Shown one piece after another: positions 40,574 to 51,973 of a stretch of DNA of 64,000 nucleotides. The notes under the pieces were generated by a model, which saw nothing but the letters and a program-made list of their open reading frames with translations, made no database searches and was not told the DNA's origin. The DNA is taken from contig CAWHOE010000047.1 of assembly GCA_963830915.1 (NCBI GenBank), positions 1 to 64,000 on the forward strand, given 5' to 3'. Position 1 is the stretch's first letter. Each line of letters starts with the position of its first letter. The position numbers and the translations under genes were made by a program. The stretch comes from a candidate division FCPU426 bacterium. Lineage in GTDB: Bacteria; Oederibacteriota; Muellerivitia; Muellerivitales; Muellerivitaceae.

Positions 40574-43500
40574 ATGAAACGACACATCATCATCGCCATC
40601 GTCTTGATCCTTGGACTTCCTTTTTTACTTGGCTTTAAATCCCTCTCAAAAAACAAGCCGGTTCCCCATCGCGGGCTTTCTCCATCCGTTCAAGCGCGTC
40701 TTTTGGAGACCTATGGCCATCTTCCATTGGCCTTCGAACCCAATCAGGGACAGATCGATCCTCAGGTCCAGTTCCTCGCCCACGGAAAAGGCTATAGCCT
40801 CTTTGTCACATCTCAAGAGGCTGTGCTGGTCCTGAAAAAGCCAAAAACCATCGCTCCCCCCAGGTCCCCGATAAAAGGTGTCCGGACCAAAAGCAGCGTT
40901 TTCCTCGCGCCCGACCATACCCCGCCGCTCGCGATCCACCTGAAACTGGAGGATGTCCTGCCGAACGCCGTTTTTGAAAGCATGGATAAACTTCCCGGTA
41001 TCAGCAGTTATTTCATCGGCAAGGATCGATCCAAATGGCATCGGAACATCCCGCAGTTCTCCAAGGTCGCGGCCCATGGTGTCTTTCCGGGTGTGGACAT
41101 GGTCTATTACGGGAACCAGGGAAAACTGGAATATGATTTTGTGGTCCAACCTGGTTCGGACCCAGGCGGAATCCATTTGAGGATCGAGGGAGCCAAGAAA
41201 ATCCAGGTCACCAGCCAAGGAGACCTGGAACTCTTAACCGATCAAGGCGCCTTGAACTTCCTTGCCCCTAGTATTTACCAAGAGAACCAAGGGCAAAAAA
41301 ATGTCGTGGAAGGCCGTTACAAGCTGACCGAGGACGGGAAAATAGGTTTTGAGATAAAAAATTATGACCATTCCAAACCTCTGGTCATCGATCCGGTTTT
41401 GGACTATTCCACTTATTTAGGAGGAACAGGGGCCGATCAAGGCAACGGGATCGCCTTGGACGGGGCCGGTGACGCTTACATCGTCGGGAGAACCACCTCC
41501 TCCGACTTCCCCTCGGAAAATGCCTTCGGCGGGACCCAGAACGCTTTTGTCACCGAGATCGATCCTACCGGGTCGAACTTCATCTATTCGGTCTATCTGG
41601 GTGGCACGGGTTACGATTACGGTCAGGCCATCGCGGTCGACTCGGCCAGGGAACGCCTTTATCGCCGGCTACACCAGTTCCGCCGATTTTCCCACCCAAT
41701 CCCCTTTGCAGGGTTCGCTTAACGGCACCCTGAACGCTTTCGTGACCGAGATCATGGCAGGCGCTTCATCCCTGGGCTTCTCGACCTACTTGGGTGGATC
41801 GGGTCAAGATGGGGCTTTCGGACTGGCCCTGGATGGTTCGGAGAACATTTATATCACCGGAGCCGCCACATCCACGGACTTCCCCACTTATATCCCGATC
41901 CAATCCTCACTGAATGGTTCCCAGAACGCCTTTGTGGCCAAACTCAACGCCGGAGGAGGGTCTTTAGCTTATTCCACTTATTTAGGGGGGAGCGGGAGCG
42001 ATAATGGAAATGGCATCGGTGTGGATTCCAACGGGAACGCCTATGTGGTTGGTTTTACCTCTTCCACCGATTTCCCCACCCAATTCCCTCTCCAAGCCTC
42101 TTTGGCCGGCACCAACAACGCTTTTGTCACTGGGATCAACTCGGCCGGCACCGCTTGGATCTATTCGACCTACCTGGGAGGGAACGGCACCGATTCGGGC
42201 ACCGCTATCGCGGTGGACCCCAGCGGGGACGCCTTTGTGACCGGCTACACCAACTCCACCAATTTCCCGACCCAGAACGCTTTCCAATCCACCTTGACCA
42301 ATAACCTGGACGATATTTTCGTGACCGAGATCAACCCGACCGGGTCCGCGATGGTCTATTCCACCTATCTGGGGGGATCATCGTCCACCTATGGCGACCA
42401 GGCCTACGGCATCGCGGTGGACCCCAGCGGGGACGCCTATGTGACCGGCTACACCAGTTCCAGTGATTTCCCCACCCAAAATCCCGTCCAACCGAACATG
42501 GTCTCAGGCGCTCCCGTCAACGCCTTCGTCTCGGAATTCGGGCCCGGGGGGACGGCTTTGCTTTTTTCCACTTTTTTAGGCGGCTCGGGCGGCGAGCAAG
42601 GTTATGCCATCGCGGTCGACGGGACCAACGATTGCTATGTGACAGGCTATACCTATTCCACCGACTTCCCCACCACGACCAATCCCCTCCAGCCCGCCAA
42701 CGCCGGGGTCCCTGACGCTTTTATTTTCGAGATCTCCCAGCCCTCCCCCACGCCTACCCCAACCCCCACTGACACGGCTACGAACACGCTGACCGGCACC
42801 CCCACCAACACCCCGACCATTACCAATACTCCCACGAATTCAGCGACAACCACCTCCTCTTTCACGCCAACCTACACCGCCACCGGCACGATGACCGGCA
42901 CACCGACCAATAGTTCGACCCTGACCGTTACACCGACCATCACCAACACTCCCACCAACTCAGGCACAGCGACCCTCACTTCCACACCCACCAACACCGG
43001 CACAAACTCCTCGACTTATACCCCTTCAGGGACCCCGACATTGACCGACTCCCCGACCATCACCAATACTCCCACCAACTCAGCCACATTGACTTCATCC
43101 TCCACAGCCACCAACACCGCGACGAACACCATGACCGGCACTCCCACTTCAACCGCGACCACCACCTTTACCTTCACCGACTCCTTCACGCCCACCCAGA
43201 CTCCGACATCGACTTATTCTTCCACCCCCACCAGCACTTTCACCAACACTGCAACCCCCACCAAGACCTGGACATCAACCTACACCTTCACAGGAACCCC
43301 AACTTCGACCTTTACGAACACTTTCACTTACACTTTCACCCCAACCATCACCTACACCCCAACCTCCACACCCACTGAAACCTTATCCCCCACCATGACT
43401 CCCCCGCTTTATTCCATCCCGGTGATCTACCCCAATCCGGCCGACGGGACCGTTCCGGTCCGGTTAAGACCCCCGGCCTTCTTCGGCGTATCGGACGTCA

Positions 43501-43688
43501 AGGTGCAGATCTTCACCCTGGCCTATCGAAAGGTGCAGGAAACCTTCTATCCCAGGATCACTTCCGGTACCGATTGTTTGCTCCCGCTCGTGGACAAATG
43601 GGGAAAACCCCTGGCGGACGGTCTTTACTACGTGGTCGTCCATACTTCCCAGGGACGGACCATCGGCAAACTGCTGGTTCTTCGCTGA
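40574..43688 (+). CDS. Secreted SBBP beta-propeller repeat protein with long Thr/Pro linker and T9SS-CTD-like C-terminus; frameshift at ~41648
   Basis: LPLAFEPNQGQ, LEYDFVVQPG, LVIDPVLDYSTYLGG, repeated YSTYLGG...IAVD..GNAYVTGYT.S.DFPT, C-terminal YPNP...GLYYV...KLLVLR. Confidence 0.88.
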
Positions 43689-43708
43689 GGGTTCTTTCCG
43701 CTTCAATG

Positions 43709-43740
43709 AAAAACCCCCGGCCCTGAGAGGACCGGGGGTT
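43709..43740. terminator. Hairpin between convergent genes
   Basis: AACCCCCGG...CCGGGGGTT, with a T-run on the minus strand. Confidence 0.65.
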
Positions 43741-43781
43741 CAAGATCAAACCCCAAACCATTCGAATTCGATCAAAGTCTT

Positions 43782-44504
43782 TTATTTTCCCAGCCATTTG
43801 GGAAGGGGTTTCCTTCGATGTTTCAGCATGGAAAGGTAGAAGTCGCTCCCGTGTTTGAGGGCCAATAGGATCGCGCAAAAGATCCAGGGCGATAATGGAT
43901 AACCAAATTTCTGCGAAAACACCATTAGGAATCCGCTGATAAAAACGGTGGCGAACAAGATCATGGGGGCGTGCATGTTGTAAGCCAGATTGGTGATCCG
44001 TTCCTTATGGAAATCCACGATCACCGCCCGGCTCAACAGGTCCTGGACCCAGTAGAACCCCATATAGATCAGGCTCCATTCCAGTCGCGATCGATAGATC
44101 TCGATCGGCACCAATCCTTCCGATTTGGAAATGGCTCCAAAAATAACTAACAGAGGGATGAGTACCATGAAATAATATCCCCAATCCCCCGTGGGCTTAT
44201 TCGTCCGAGAGTCCCGCACCAAATCGGGTTTTTGTCCCGGGTGAGGGGGCGAGCATAAGTAAGGCAGGACCTTCTTCAGACCATCCGGCCCAAAACGGTT
44301 CAGGCCCATCAACATTTCCACCGTGAAGAAACGGGCGCAGGCCATGAACCCGAAGGAAAAAATGACCACTCCCGGGTCATAGTGGGTGTTCTGGAGGGAT
44401 ATCACGATGAAAGTGAAAGAGACCAGGTTGCACAACATCGCCGTCAAGGGCATTGAAAACACTCCCGGGGCCATGGATACAAGGGAAATGGATCTAACCG
44501 GCAC
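43782..44504 (-). CDS. Hypothetical multi-pass membrane protein
   Basis: 240 aa, about 6 hydrophobic segments. Confidence 0.6.
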   Translation of the reverse strand: MPVRSISLVSMAPGVFSMPLTAMLCNLVSFTFIVISLQNTHYDPGVVIFSFGFMACARFFTVEMLMGLNRFGPDGLKKVLPYLCSPPHPGQKPDLVRDSRTNKPTGDWGYYFMVLIPLLVIFGAISKSEGLVPIEIYRSRLEWSLIYMGFYWVQDLLSRAVIVDFHKERITNLAYNMHAPMILFATVFISGFLMVFSQKFGYPLSPWIFCAILLALKHGSDFYLSMLKHRRKPLPKWLGK

Positions 44505-44613
44505 ACCTGGATTATAAACTTGTCTGAGGGATCTACAGGGGCAAATTTCAGGTGATCAACAGGGGAGCGGCAGGCGCCAGCACCCCATTTTCAGAACGCC
44601 CGTTCGGGAATAT

Positions 44614-44979
44614 TTACGCGGGGACATCGTTCTGCAGATAATCCTTCAAAGCCTCTTTATCCTCGTCCGGCATCAATAACAGGTGAAGACCCGCTCCCTG
44701 TTTATTGGCCCAGACCACCTCGGCGTAGGCGAAAAGGTGCTTCGATTTTTGAGGGACCGAGATATCCAGGCTGAACACATCCCCCAGTTTCACCGTTTGG
44801 CCCGTCTTGATGTACATCCCGCTCAGGTTCAGGTCCTTCGCCAGGGCCGGATGGCCCTTCAGGTTCTTCAAACGTTCCGGGTCGTCGACCAGATGATATT
44901 GAACGGGGATCTTCACTGGAACCCGCGAGCTTCCCCTTTTTTCCAGGACCATCATATCTTTAGCCATAAGATCCCCCAT
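44614..44979 (-). CDS. PilZ domain protein
   Basis: EKRGSSR (RxxxR), DLNLSG, AEVVW. Confidence 0.82.
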   Translation of the reverse strand: MGDLMAKDMMVLEKRGSSRVPVKIPVQYHLVDDPERLKNLKGHPALAKDLNLSGMYIKTGQTVKLGDVFSLDISVPQKSKHLFAYAEVVWANKQGAGLHLLLMPDEDKEALKDYLQNDVPA

Positions 44980-45120
44980 TGACCGATCGCTTCGAACGGC
45001 ATCACTTTAATGGCGGAAGGGGCGGAAAAGAAAGTGGGGGAAAAAATATTTCGGGGAGAACGACGAAAGCCGGTGAAAACCCTTTTTCGGATCAATTAAC
45101 CCTCGTTTAACACCCAGGGC

Positions 45121-46938
45121 TCAAGACTGGGCGCGTTTCGCCTCCAGCTCTTCCCAGCGTTTGAAAAGGGCGGCCACCTGGGCCTTTTCGGCGTCGACCT
45201 TTTTCTGCCGCTCCACCAGTTCGGGAACATTGGAAGCGATCTTGGGGTATTCCAACCTGGCCAGGGCTTCTTTGACCCTCGCCTCTCCCTCATGGATCGC
45301 CTTTTCCATGCCTTCCCATTCCTTCAATTCCCTCGTGGTCAGGGCCTTTTTGGGTTTCTCCCTGGCCGGCTGTTGGACCGCCTGGGATGGTTTCGCTTTG
45401 TCCTTCGAGCGTTCCTCCAACCTGAATTCCTCCCACTGGGACAGGTCGGCGAAAAAGCCAGCGTTCCCCTTACCGTCGAGGGCCAATATCTGACGGCTCA
45501 CCCGGTCCAGAAGGTACCGGTCATGGGTCACCAGCACCAGCGCCCCGGGGAACTCGGCCAGGCTTTGCTCCAACACCTCCAGCGAGGGGATATCCAGGTC
45601 GTTGGTCGGTTCGTCCAACAGCAGGAGGTCGGCGGGCTTGAGCATCAGTCGGGCGATCAGGACCCGGGACTGTTCCCCGCCGGAAAACCGGCTCAAGGGC
45701 CGGTCCAGTTGGTCCGTCTCGAAAAGGAACCGGGTGGCCCAGCTGGCCACATGGATGGGTCTTTCCTTATAGAACACGTAATCGCCCTTCTCGCAAAGGG
45801 CCTGCCTCAGGGTCTGGTCCAGGTCCAGCTGGTCCCGGTGCTGGTCGAAGGTCACCACCCGTAACTGCTCCGCCTGTTTCAGGGTCCCCGTGTCCGGATG
45901 CAATTCCCCGGCCAGGATCTTCAACAGGGTGCTCTTGCCGCTCCCGTTCTCGCCCAGCAATCCCAGCTTGTCCCCCGGCGTGAGCAGCAGGTCCAATGGC
46001 CCGAAGAGCTTGCGCCCGCCCAGGGTCTTTCCCACCTTGGAGGCCGCCACCAGCCTCTGGGTCTGGCGGTCCGACCCCGAGAAATCGATGTCCACGTTCT
46101 TGCCCTGGGAATTGCGGTACTTCAGGTCGTCCAGTTCTTCCATCAGATTCCCGGCCCGGTCGATGCGGGCCTGCTGTTTGGTCTGCCGGGCCTTCGGGCC
46201 CCGCCTCAGCCACTCGATCTCCCGCCGCACCTGGTTGGCCACCGTATCCTCGTGCTTGGATTGGGTGTTGAAAAGGTCCTCGCGTTTTTCCAGGAACTGG
46301 CTGTAATTCCCCTCGTTGGCGAAAAAGCCTTCCGGGTACCGTTTGTTCAGCTCGATGATCCGGTTGCTGACCCTCTCCAGGAAACGCCTGTCATGGGTCA
46401 CGACCAGGAAAGCGAAATTCAAGCCTTCCAGGAAACCCTCCAGCCAGAGGACGCCTTCCATATCCAGATGGTTGGTCGGCTCGTCCAACAACAGCAGGTC
46501 CGGTTCCCGGACCACCTGGGTCAGGATGGCCAGCCTCTTGCGCCAGCCGCCGGATAGCTTCGACACTTCCTGGTCCGGGTTGTTGAACCCCGCGTTCTCC
46601 AGTCCCGTATCCACCCTTATATCCACTTCCCAATCTTCCAGCCCCAAACCCTCCAGGCCCTTGGAAAGGGCCATCCGAACGGTCAACCCGGACTCGGCTT
46701 CCTCGAAACGGTCCTGCTGGGGCAGATAGCCGACCCTTAAGCCCTTTCGGTAGGCCAGGGTCCCCTCATCCTGTTTTTCCTCGCCCGCCAGTATCTTCAA
46801 TAAGGTGGATTTTCCCGTTCCATTTGGTCCGATCAAGCCTGTCCGTTCCCCCTCGAAAAGGCCGAAGGAGAGGTGCTCGAAAAGGGGCCTGGAACCGAAT
46901 GTTTTTGATAGATTCTGGCAACTCAGTAAAATTCCCAC
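45121..46938 (-). CDS. uup: ABC-F family ATPase, Uup-like
   Basis: Two ABC domains, EIEWLRRGPKARQTKQQARI linker, C-terminal ...KRWEELE. Confidence 0.85.
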   Translation of the reverse strand: MGILLSCQNLSKTFGSRPLFEHLSFGLFEGERTGLIGPNGTGKSTLLKILAGEEKQDEGTLAYRKGLRVGYLPQQDRFEEAESGLTVRMALSKGLEGLGLEDWEVDIRVDTGLENAGFNNPDQEVSKLSGGWRKRLAILTQVVREPDLLLLDEPTNHLDMEGVLWLEGFLEGLNFAFLVVTHDRRFLERVSNRIIELNKRYPEGFFANEGNYSQFLEKREDLFNTQSKHEDTVANQVRREIEWLRRGPKARQTKQQARIDRAGNLMEELDDLKYRNSQGKNVDIDFSGSDRQTQRLVAASKVGKTLGGRKLFGPLDLLLTPGDKLGLLGENGSGKSTLLKILAGELHPDTGTLKQAEQLRVVTFDQHRDQLDLDQTLRQALCEKGDYVFYKERPIHVASWATRFLFETDQLDRPLSRFSGGEQSRVLIARLMLKPADLLLLDEPTNDLDIPSLEVLEQSLAEFPGALVLVTHDRYLLDRVSRQILALDGKGNAGFFADLSQWEEFRLEERSKDKAKPSQAVQQPAREKPKKALTTRELKEWEGMEKAIHEGEARVKEALARLEYPKIASNVPELVERQKKVDAEKAQVAALFKRWEELEAKRAQS

Positions 46939-47069
46939 GCGTCTAACCTCTATATATAAGTGAATTGGAAGCAGGTAAGGATAAGGGGGGAAGGGCCAAA
47001 AAGATAGATGATTAAACCGGCTCGACCATTCTATTTGCGGTAATATTTTGTGATTCCGGAAGGAGACCC

Positions 47070-47354
47070 ATGGATAACCTGAAGATCATCACCCAATTGA
47101 CCGCCATCATCCAAGCCAATGTGGACAAGAACTTCGGCAAGGGCCGTCCGCCGAACAACCGCAGTCTGGAGATGGTCCGCCAGTACGCCCAGGAAATGCT
47201 GGACGCCTATATGAAGGAGATCATCAAGGAATCACCCGAGCTCAAGAAAACCTGGCCCTTCGGCCACCCCTTCAAGGTAGCGACCAGGGTGAGCGTCCAG
47301 ACCAGGTCCTATGAGATCGTTATCACCGCCAAGGACGAACCCAAAGGGACTTAA
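47070..47354 (+). CDS. Hypothetical protein
   Basis: 94 aa with an AAGGAG SD and coding-like codon usage. Confidence 0.65.
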   Translation: MDNLKIITQLTAIIQANVDKNFGKGRPPNNRSLEMVRQYAQEMLDAYMKEIIKESPELKKTWPFGHPFKVATRVSVQTRSYEIVITAKDEPKGT

Positions 47355-47465
47355 CCCGAAATACTCTGTAGTTCAGTCATTAAGTAAATGTTCAAACAAA
47401 TAATTCTTCTTTGCTTTTCTTGGTGTCCTTGGTGAACTTGGTGGTTCAACAGTTTATTTAGTTGA

Positions 47466-48854
47466 TCAACTACCCGCCAGGTTCGGTCCCGTCAGATGTT
47501 CCAGTTTGATGGTCCCAGCCGAAGCCAGGGGTTCCAGCAAAGGCGGTTGACCTTTGGAACTCCGTTCCGAATTTTCCACGGTCCTTTTCCTGATCTGGGC
47601 GTCCAGGTTCAACCGCGCCGGGCTGGCCAGCCCCGTCTGTTCGGATGTGATCAGTGAATCTTTACGTATCCTCCGGAAATAACAAAAGCGGTCCAGATTC
47701 ACCATCTTCCCGACGAACCGCGCCCTGGTCTGGAACTCCAGGTCCCCGCTGAACCGCAAGCCCGTCGCGTAGCCGCCCGAACGGACCACCAGGTCCCGGG
47801 AGACCAGACTGCTGGGGTGCAACAAGGAATAGGCGCTGTATTTCAAAAGGGCCTGGTTCACATCCAGCGGATAGGTGTTCGGGAAGGCGTTTTCTTGTAG
47901 ATACATGACCTCTTGCGTCCCGATAAGCTCGGCGCCTGTCCGTTCCGCTTCCGCCAACAAAAGCTCCAGCCGATCGATCGAGGACCAGTCATCCGCGTCT
48001 TGAAAGAGATAGGCGTCATAACGGGTCTGTTCGATCGCCGATTGGATCAACCGGTAAGGCCCCACATTCGCGGGGGACCGCCACAAAGTCGCGCCTTTGA
48101 ACTTCTCGACGATATCCAAGGGAGGCCGCTCGCTTCCGTCATCCAGGACCAGTATCCCATCCAAGGGTCGGGTCTGCTCGGCCAAGGAACGCAGACAGAA
48201 TTCCAGCCAGGACCGGCAGTTGTAATAAGGGATCAGGGCCAGGACCTTGGCGTCTTTCCATATCCTGGGTTGGTCATTGGATGGCGGAAGCGGAACTTCC
48301 TGGGTCGAGCCCGCTTTCGCCGAAAGATAGGGTATCCATCTCCCGCCCTCGGCCGATAAGGTCTCGAAATCCCGAAAAGTTGGCGGGACGGCCGATGAGA
48401 ACTCCGTTTGTAACAGGTTCGCTTCCGCGATCCAACCCAGGATCGGAGGCATCAGATGCATCCCTCCTATACTTGGCAGGTCCATGGCGGGCAGCCAGGG
48501 CATGACTCCCCATATCCCCTTCCCCATCTCTTCCCATCGAGGCGGTGAATAAGGGGCCGAGGCGGGCAAATAAGCCATTAACTGTGTCGGCACAAAGCCG
48601 GCAAGGTCCCGCGGCCATGAGCGGATCTCCACCACTTCCACGCCCGGGAATTTTGTCATCAGCGCCTGGAGTATCCCCGCTTTTTTCCCAGGCCGACAGG
48701 TCACGACGATCTTGAGGAGGGCCTTGCCCCTTTCCCCTCGGGCCATTTCCAATTTGGGGACCAGATTTCCCAGGTCCTCTCCCGCTTCCAGCACAACCGT
48801 CCCAACCCAGGGGGAAAGGGGGGACTCAAGTTTATTCGTGTTATCCATCCTCAT
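47466..48854 (-). CDS. Glycosyltransferase family 2 with N-terminal extension
   Basis: LIPYYN, VLDDGS, NVGPY, FQDADDWS; start uncertain. Confidence 0.8.
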   Translation of the reverse strand: MRMDNTNKLESPLSPWVGTVVLEAGEDLGNLVPKLEMARGERGKALLKIVVTCRPGKKAGILQALMTKFPGVEVVEIRSWPRDLAGFVPTQLMAYLPASAPYSPPRWEEMGKGIWGVMPWLPAMDLPSIGGMHLMPPILGWIAEANLLQTEFSSAVPPTFRDFETLSAEGGRWIPYLSAKAGSTQEVPLPPSNDQPRIWKDAKVLALIPYYNCRSWLEFCLRSLAEQTRPLDGILVLDDGSERPPLDIVEKFKGATLWRSPANVGPYRLIQSAIEQTRYDAYLFQDADDWSSIDRLELLLAEAERTGAELIGTQEVMYLQENAFPNTYPLDVNQALLKYSAYSLLHPSSLVSRDLVVRSGGYATGLRFSGDLEFQTRARFVGKMVNLDRFCYFRRIRKDSLITSEQTGLASPARLNLDAQIRKRTVENSERSSKGQPPLLEPLASAGTIKLEHLTGPNLAGS

Positions 48855-48891
48855 CGCGGACCCCGTCATTTCCCTAGGATCGTACCCAGCC

Positions 48892-49536
48892 TTACCGGTT
48901 ATCGTCCCTGTGCTCGCGGTCGAAGCCCCGGTCCCGCCCCTGTTCATAATGCCCGCGGGGCCTTTCCTTGGCGTCCCACTCCATGACCTCTTTTTTCTGC
49001 ATGTAACCATTGTTGATGTCGCGGAAATTCCTGCCCGAGGCCCTCATCTGGGCGATCTCATGGGGATCCCTTCCGTAATGCTCGGATATGAATTTCAAAT
49101 TGACGAAATTCACGATGTCCGCGTCGGAAAGATTGATCCTTCGGCCGTGGCCGATGAAGACCCGCTGGCCGTTCGCGTAAGGGGTGCCCGCGTAGTCGCC
49201 CGCGGTGTAGAAGATCCGGGGATTCAGGCGGAAATGGAGGGCGATCTGCATCCAACTCCAACCATGGGTGCGAAGCAGTATCACCGCCTCGGGGGAGACA
49301 TTGGCCCTTTGGGCGATGAAGAACACCACCGGATGCTCCTCGTCCGGGATACCGCTCTCCTGGCAGTTCTGGATCTGCTCGGTGGAGACCTTGAAATAAT
49401 CCCCGATGGCCAGATGGAAGGCGTCCACGCCATTACTGCCGATGGCCACTCCCACATTGACCTGGGCTTGCGCCGTCCAGGGTGAGGCAACGACCGCCAG
49501 GGCGGTCACTCCCAAGAACAAAAGTATTTTTCTCAT
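48892..49536 (-). CDS. Secreted hypothetical protein
   Basis: Signal peptide ending AQA, AAAGGAG SD, helical core with GWSWMQIA. Confidence 0.7.
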   Translation of the reverse strand: MRKILLFLGVTALAVVASPWTAQAQVNVGVAIGSNGVDAFHLAIGDYFKVSTEQIQNCQESGIPDEEHPVVFFIAQRANVSPEAVILLRTHGWSWMQIALHFRLNPRIFYTAGDYAGTPYANGQRVFIGHGRRINLSDADIVNFVNLKFISEHYGRDPHEIAQMRASGRNFRDINNGYMQKKEVMEWDAKERPRGHYEQGRDRGFDREHRDDNR

Positions 49537-49745
49537 GACATCTCCTTTAACGCTCGAAGTTTCGAAACCCGTCTTTCGGGCCAATAGCCCCCCAGGCCCA
49601 CAGGATTTAGACGTCTGGAAAAGGAAAATGGATTGCCCTCCTGAAATTTTCAAGGAATGGTCGACACCTGATGGGCCTACAGGGCGTCAAAACCCGTAAT
49701 TCTCCATCGACTTTTCACCAACGCGCTTCACCCAAAAAGGACGCC

Positions 49746-51947
49746 ATGAAAAACAAACCCTTTTTATCCGTCGTCCCCACGCCTTCCAGCCGGACCCAGA
49801 ACGATCCCGAAGCTTTCCCATCCCAAGTCCGTCAGCCTTGGGAATGGGCTTGTCTCGTGGCCATCCTTTTACTGGCGGCCGGTTTGCGCCTATGGGGTCT
49901 GGAAAAGAACGGATTCGGGAACCCCTACTACGCCTCCGCGGTACGCAGCATGCTGATGAGCTGGCATAACTTCTTCTTCGTCTCCTTCGATCCCACCGGC
50001 TGGGTCACGGTGGACAAACCCCCGGTGGCCCTTTGGATCCAGGCGGCGTTCGCCAAGGTCCTGGGTTATAAGGCCTTCTCCCTCATCCTGCCCCAGGTCC
50101 TGGAAGGTCTGGGCTCCATCGCCCTGGTTCATCATTTGGTCCGGCGTCATTTCGACGCCTGGGCCGCCTTGATGGCCGGGCTGACCATGGCCCTCACCCC
50201 CGTCTGTGTGGCGGTCGACCGCTACAACAACGTGGACGCCTGCCTGGTGCTGATGGTCCTCTTGGCCGCCTGGCTCTTTTCCATCGCCGTCGAAACCTCC
50301 AACCGCTGGTACCTCATGGGCTCCATGGCCATGATGGGCGTGGCCTTCAACACCAAGATGATGGCGGCCTTCGTGGTCCTTCCCGCTTTCTATATCGTCT
50401 ACTGGTTCGGCGCCAAGGTTTCCTGGGGCAAGCGTCTGGCGCACCTTGTCGTGGCGTCCCTGGTCCTGGCGGTCGTGTCCCTCTCCTGGCCCCTGACGGT
50501 GGACCTCACCGCTCCCGAAGACCGTCCCTTCGTGGGAAGCACCCAGGACAATTCCATGATCAGCCTTTCCCTGGGCTGGAACGGGTTCCAAAGACTTCTT
50601 CGGGGCCGGGGGCGGGGCTTTCAAAGGCCGATGATGCCCCCGACCATTCCCGGCCAAGGGGTGACAGGTCAGCCGGCCCTTAGGGCAAACCAAAGACCGG
50701 ACCGCAACTCCCGGCCAACAAGCGCTCAAGCCTCTCTTCCTCCAGCCAACCCCAACGGGTTCGGTCCCAGGCCGAACGGAGGCCGGGGGGGACGGGGCGG
50801 AATGATGGGTTCGGGCGAGCCGGGCATTACCCGGCTGGCGGACAGGAACATGGCGGGACAGATGGCCTGGTTCCTTCCCCTTGCCTTGGTAGGCCTCTTT
50901 TTGACCTGGGGCCAACGGCCTACCCTTTGGCCCTTGTCCTCCATCCATCGGCCCCTTTTGTTATGGGCCTGTTGGTTCTTGCTCTACGCGGCGGTTTTCA
51001 GTTTCATGCGGGGCGCCATGCATCCCTATTACTTGGTCCTGCTTGCCCCGCCTCTGGCGGCCTTGTCCGGTATCGGCTTGAGGACCCTATGGTTGGAAAC
51101 CCTCTCGGGTAACCCCGATCTCCTTTCCCTGACCCTTTTACTGACCTTTGTCTGGCAGGCCTTCATCGTCGCCCAATTCCCCGACTGGGCTGTTTTGTTG
51201 CTTCCCATCCTCCTCGGATGCGGGGCCGCGGTCGTGGTCACCCTGACCGTCCAAGCCAAAACCAGCTCCATTGGCAAGGTAATATTTTCGTTGGGAATTG
51301 TGATACTCTTCTTTTGCCCCTTCCTCTGGGCCCTCTCTCCGGTCCTGGGCAGCGGCACGGCGGTTGAGGCCAATCCGGACCTGTTAACCGGGGATACAGG
51401 TAGGTTTGACCGGGGCTTTGGCGCCAACAACAACATCACTCGGCTTTCCGAGTTCCTGAAAGCCAACCGTCATGGCGAGAAATACATCGTGGCGGCCCAG
51501 AACAGCCAGGCGGTAGCGCCCCTGATCATCCAAACCGGCGAGCCGGCCATCGCCCTGGGCGGGTTCATGGGAGGCGACCCGATCGTGACCGTTCATGAGT
51601 TCGCCGAAATGGTGAAGGAAGGCCAGGTCCGCTACTTCCTTCTTCAGGGTAACGGCGGTCCGGGCCAATGGGGTCAACCCGGCGGTCAGCAAAGGCCCGG
51701 CGGAAACGGCGGTTTTGGGGGATTTAACAGGGGCGGCGCGCAGGCCGAGATCGCCCAATGGGTGCGTGACAACGGAGTGCCGGTCGATGCTAAACTATGG
51801 CGGGTTGTGGACCCAAGGGAGACGGCTCAAGCACCCGTTCCCGGAGCCTTCGGCTTCAACCGCCGAGGCGCTCAACAGTTGTATGAATTGAAGAGTAGTA
51901 ATAATCCGCTCCGGGGGAAAAAAACAAGGAGCAAGCTTACGGGCTGA
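49746..51947 (+). CDS. ArnT/PMT-like (GT-C) glycosyltransferase, YkcB type
   Basis: GNPYYASAVRSMLMSWHNFFF, TVDKPP, DRYNNVD, FNTKM, MHPYY, LGGFMGGDP; Gly-rich loops. Confidence 0.88.
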   Translation: MKNKPFLSVVPTPSSRTQNDPEAFPSQVRQPWEWACLVAILLLAAGLRLWGLEKNGFGNPYYASAVRSMLMSWHNFFFVSFDPTGWVTVDKPPVALWIQAAFAKVLGYKAFSLILPQVLEGLGSIALVHHLVRRHFDAWAALMAGLTMALTPVCVAVDRYNNVDACLVLMVLLAAWLFSIAVETSNRWYLMGSMAMMGVAFNTKMMAAFVVLPAFYIVYWFGAKVSWGKRLAHLVVASLVLAVVSLSWPLTVDLTAPEDRPFVGSTQDNSMISLSLGWNGFQRLLRGRGRGFQRPMMPPTIPGQGVTGQPALRANQRPDRNSRPTSAQASLPPANPNGFGPRPNGGRGGRGGMMGSGEPGITRLADRNMAGQMAWFLPLALVGLFLTWGQRPTLWPLSSIHRPLLLWACWFLLYAAVFSFMRGAMHPYYLVLLAPPLAALSGIGLRTLWLETLSGNPDLLSLTLLLTFVWQAFIVAQFPDWAVLLLPILLGCGAAVVVTLTVQAKTSSIGKVIFSLGIVILFFCPFLWALSPVLGSGTAVEANPDLLTGDTGRFDRGFGANNNITRLSEFLKANRHGEKYIVAAQNSQAVAPLIIQTGEPAIALGGFMGGDPIVTVHEFAEMVKEGQVRYFLLQGNGGPGQWGQPGGQQRPGGNGGFGGFNRGGAQAEIAQWVRDNGVPVDAKLWRVVDPRETAQAPVPGAFGFNRRGAQQLYELKSSNNPLRGKKTRSKLTG

Positions 51948-51973
51948 ATAATTTCTTAAATTAAGGATTCGAT

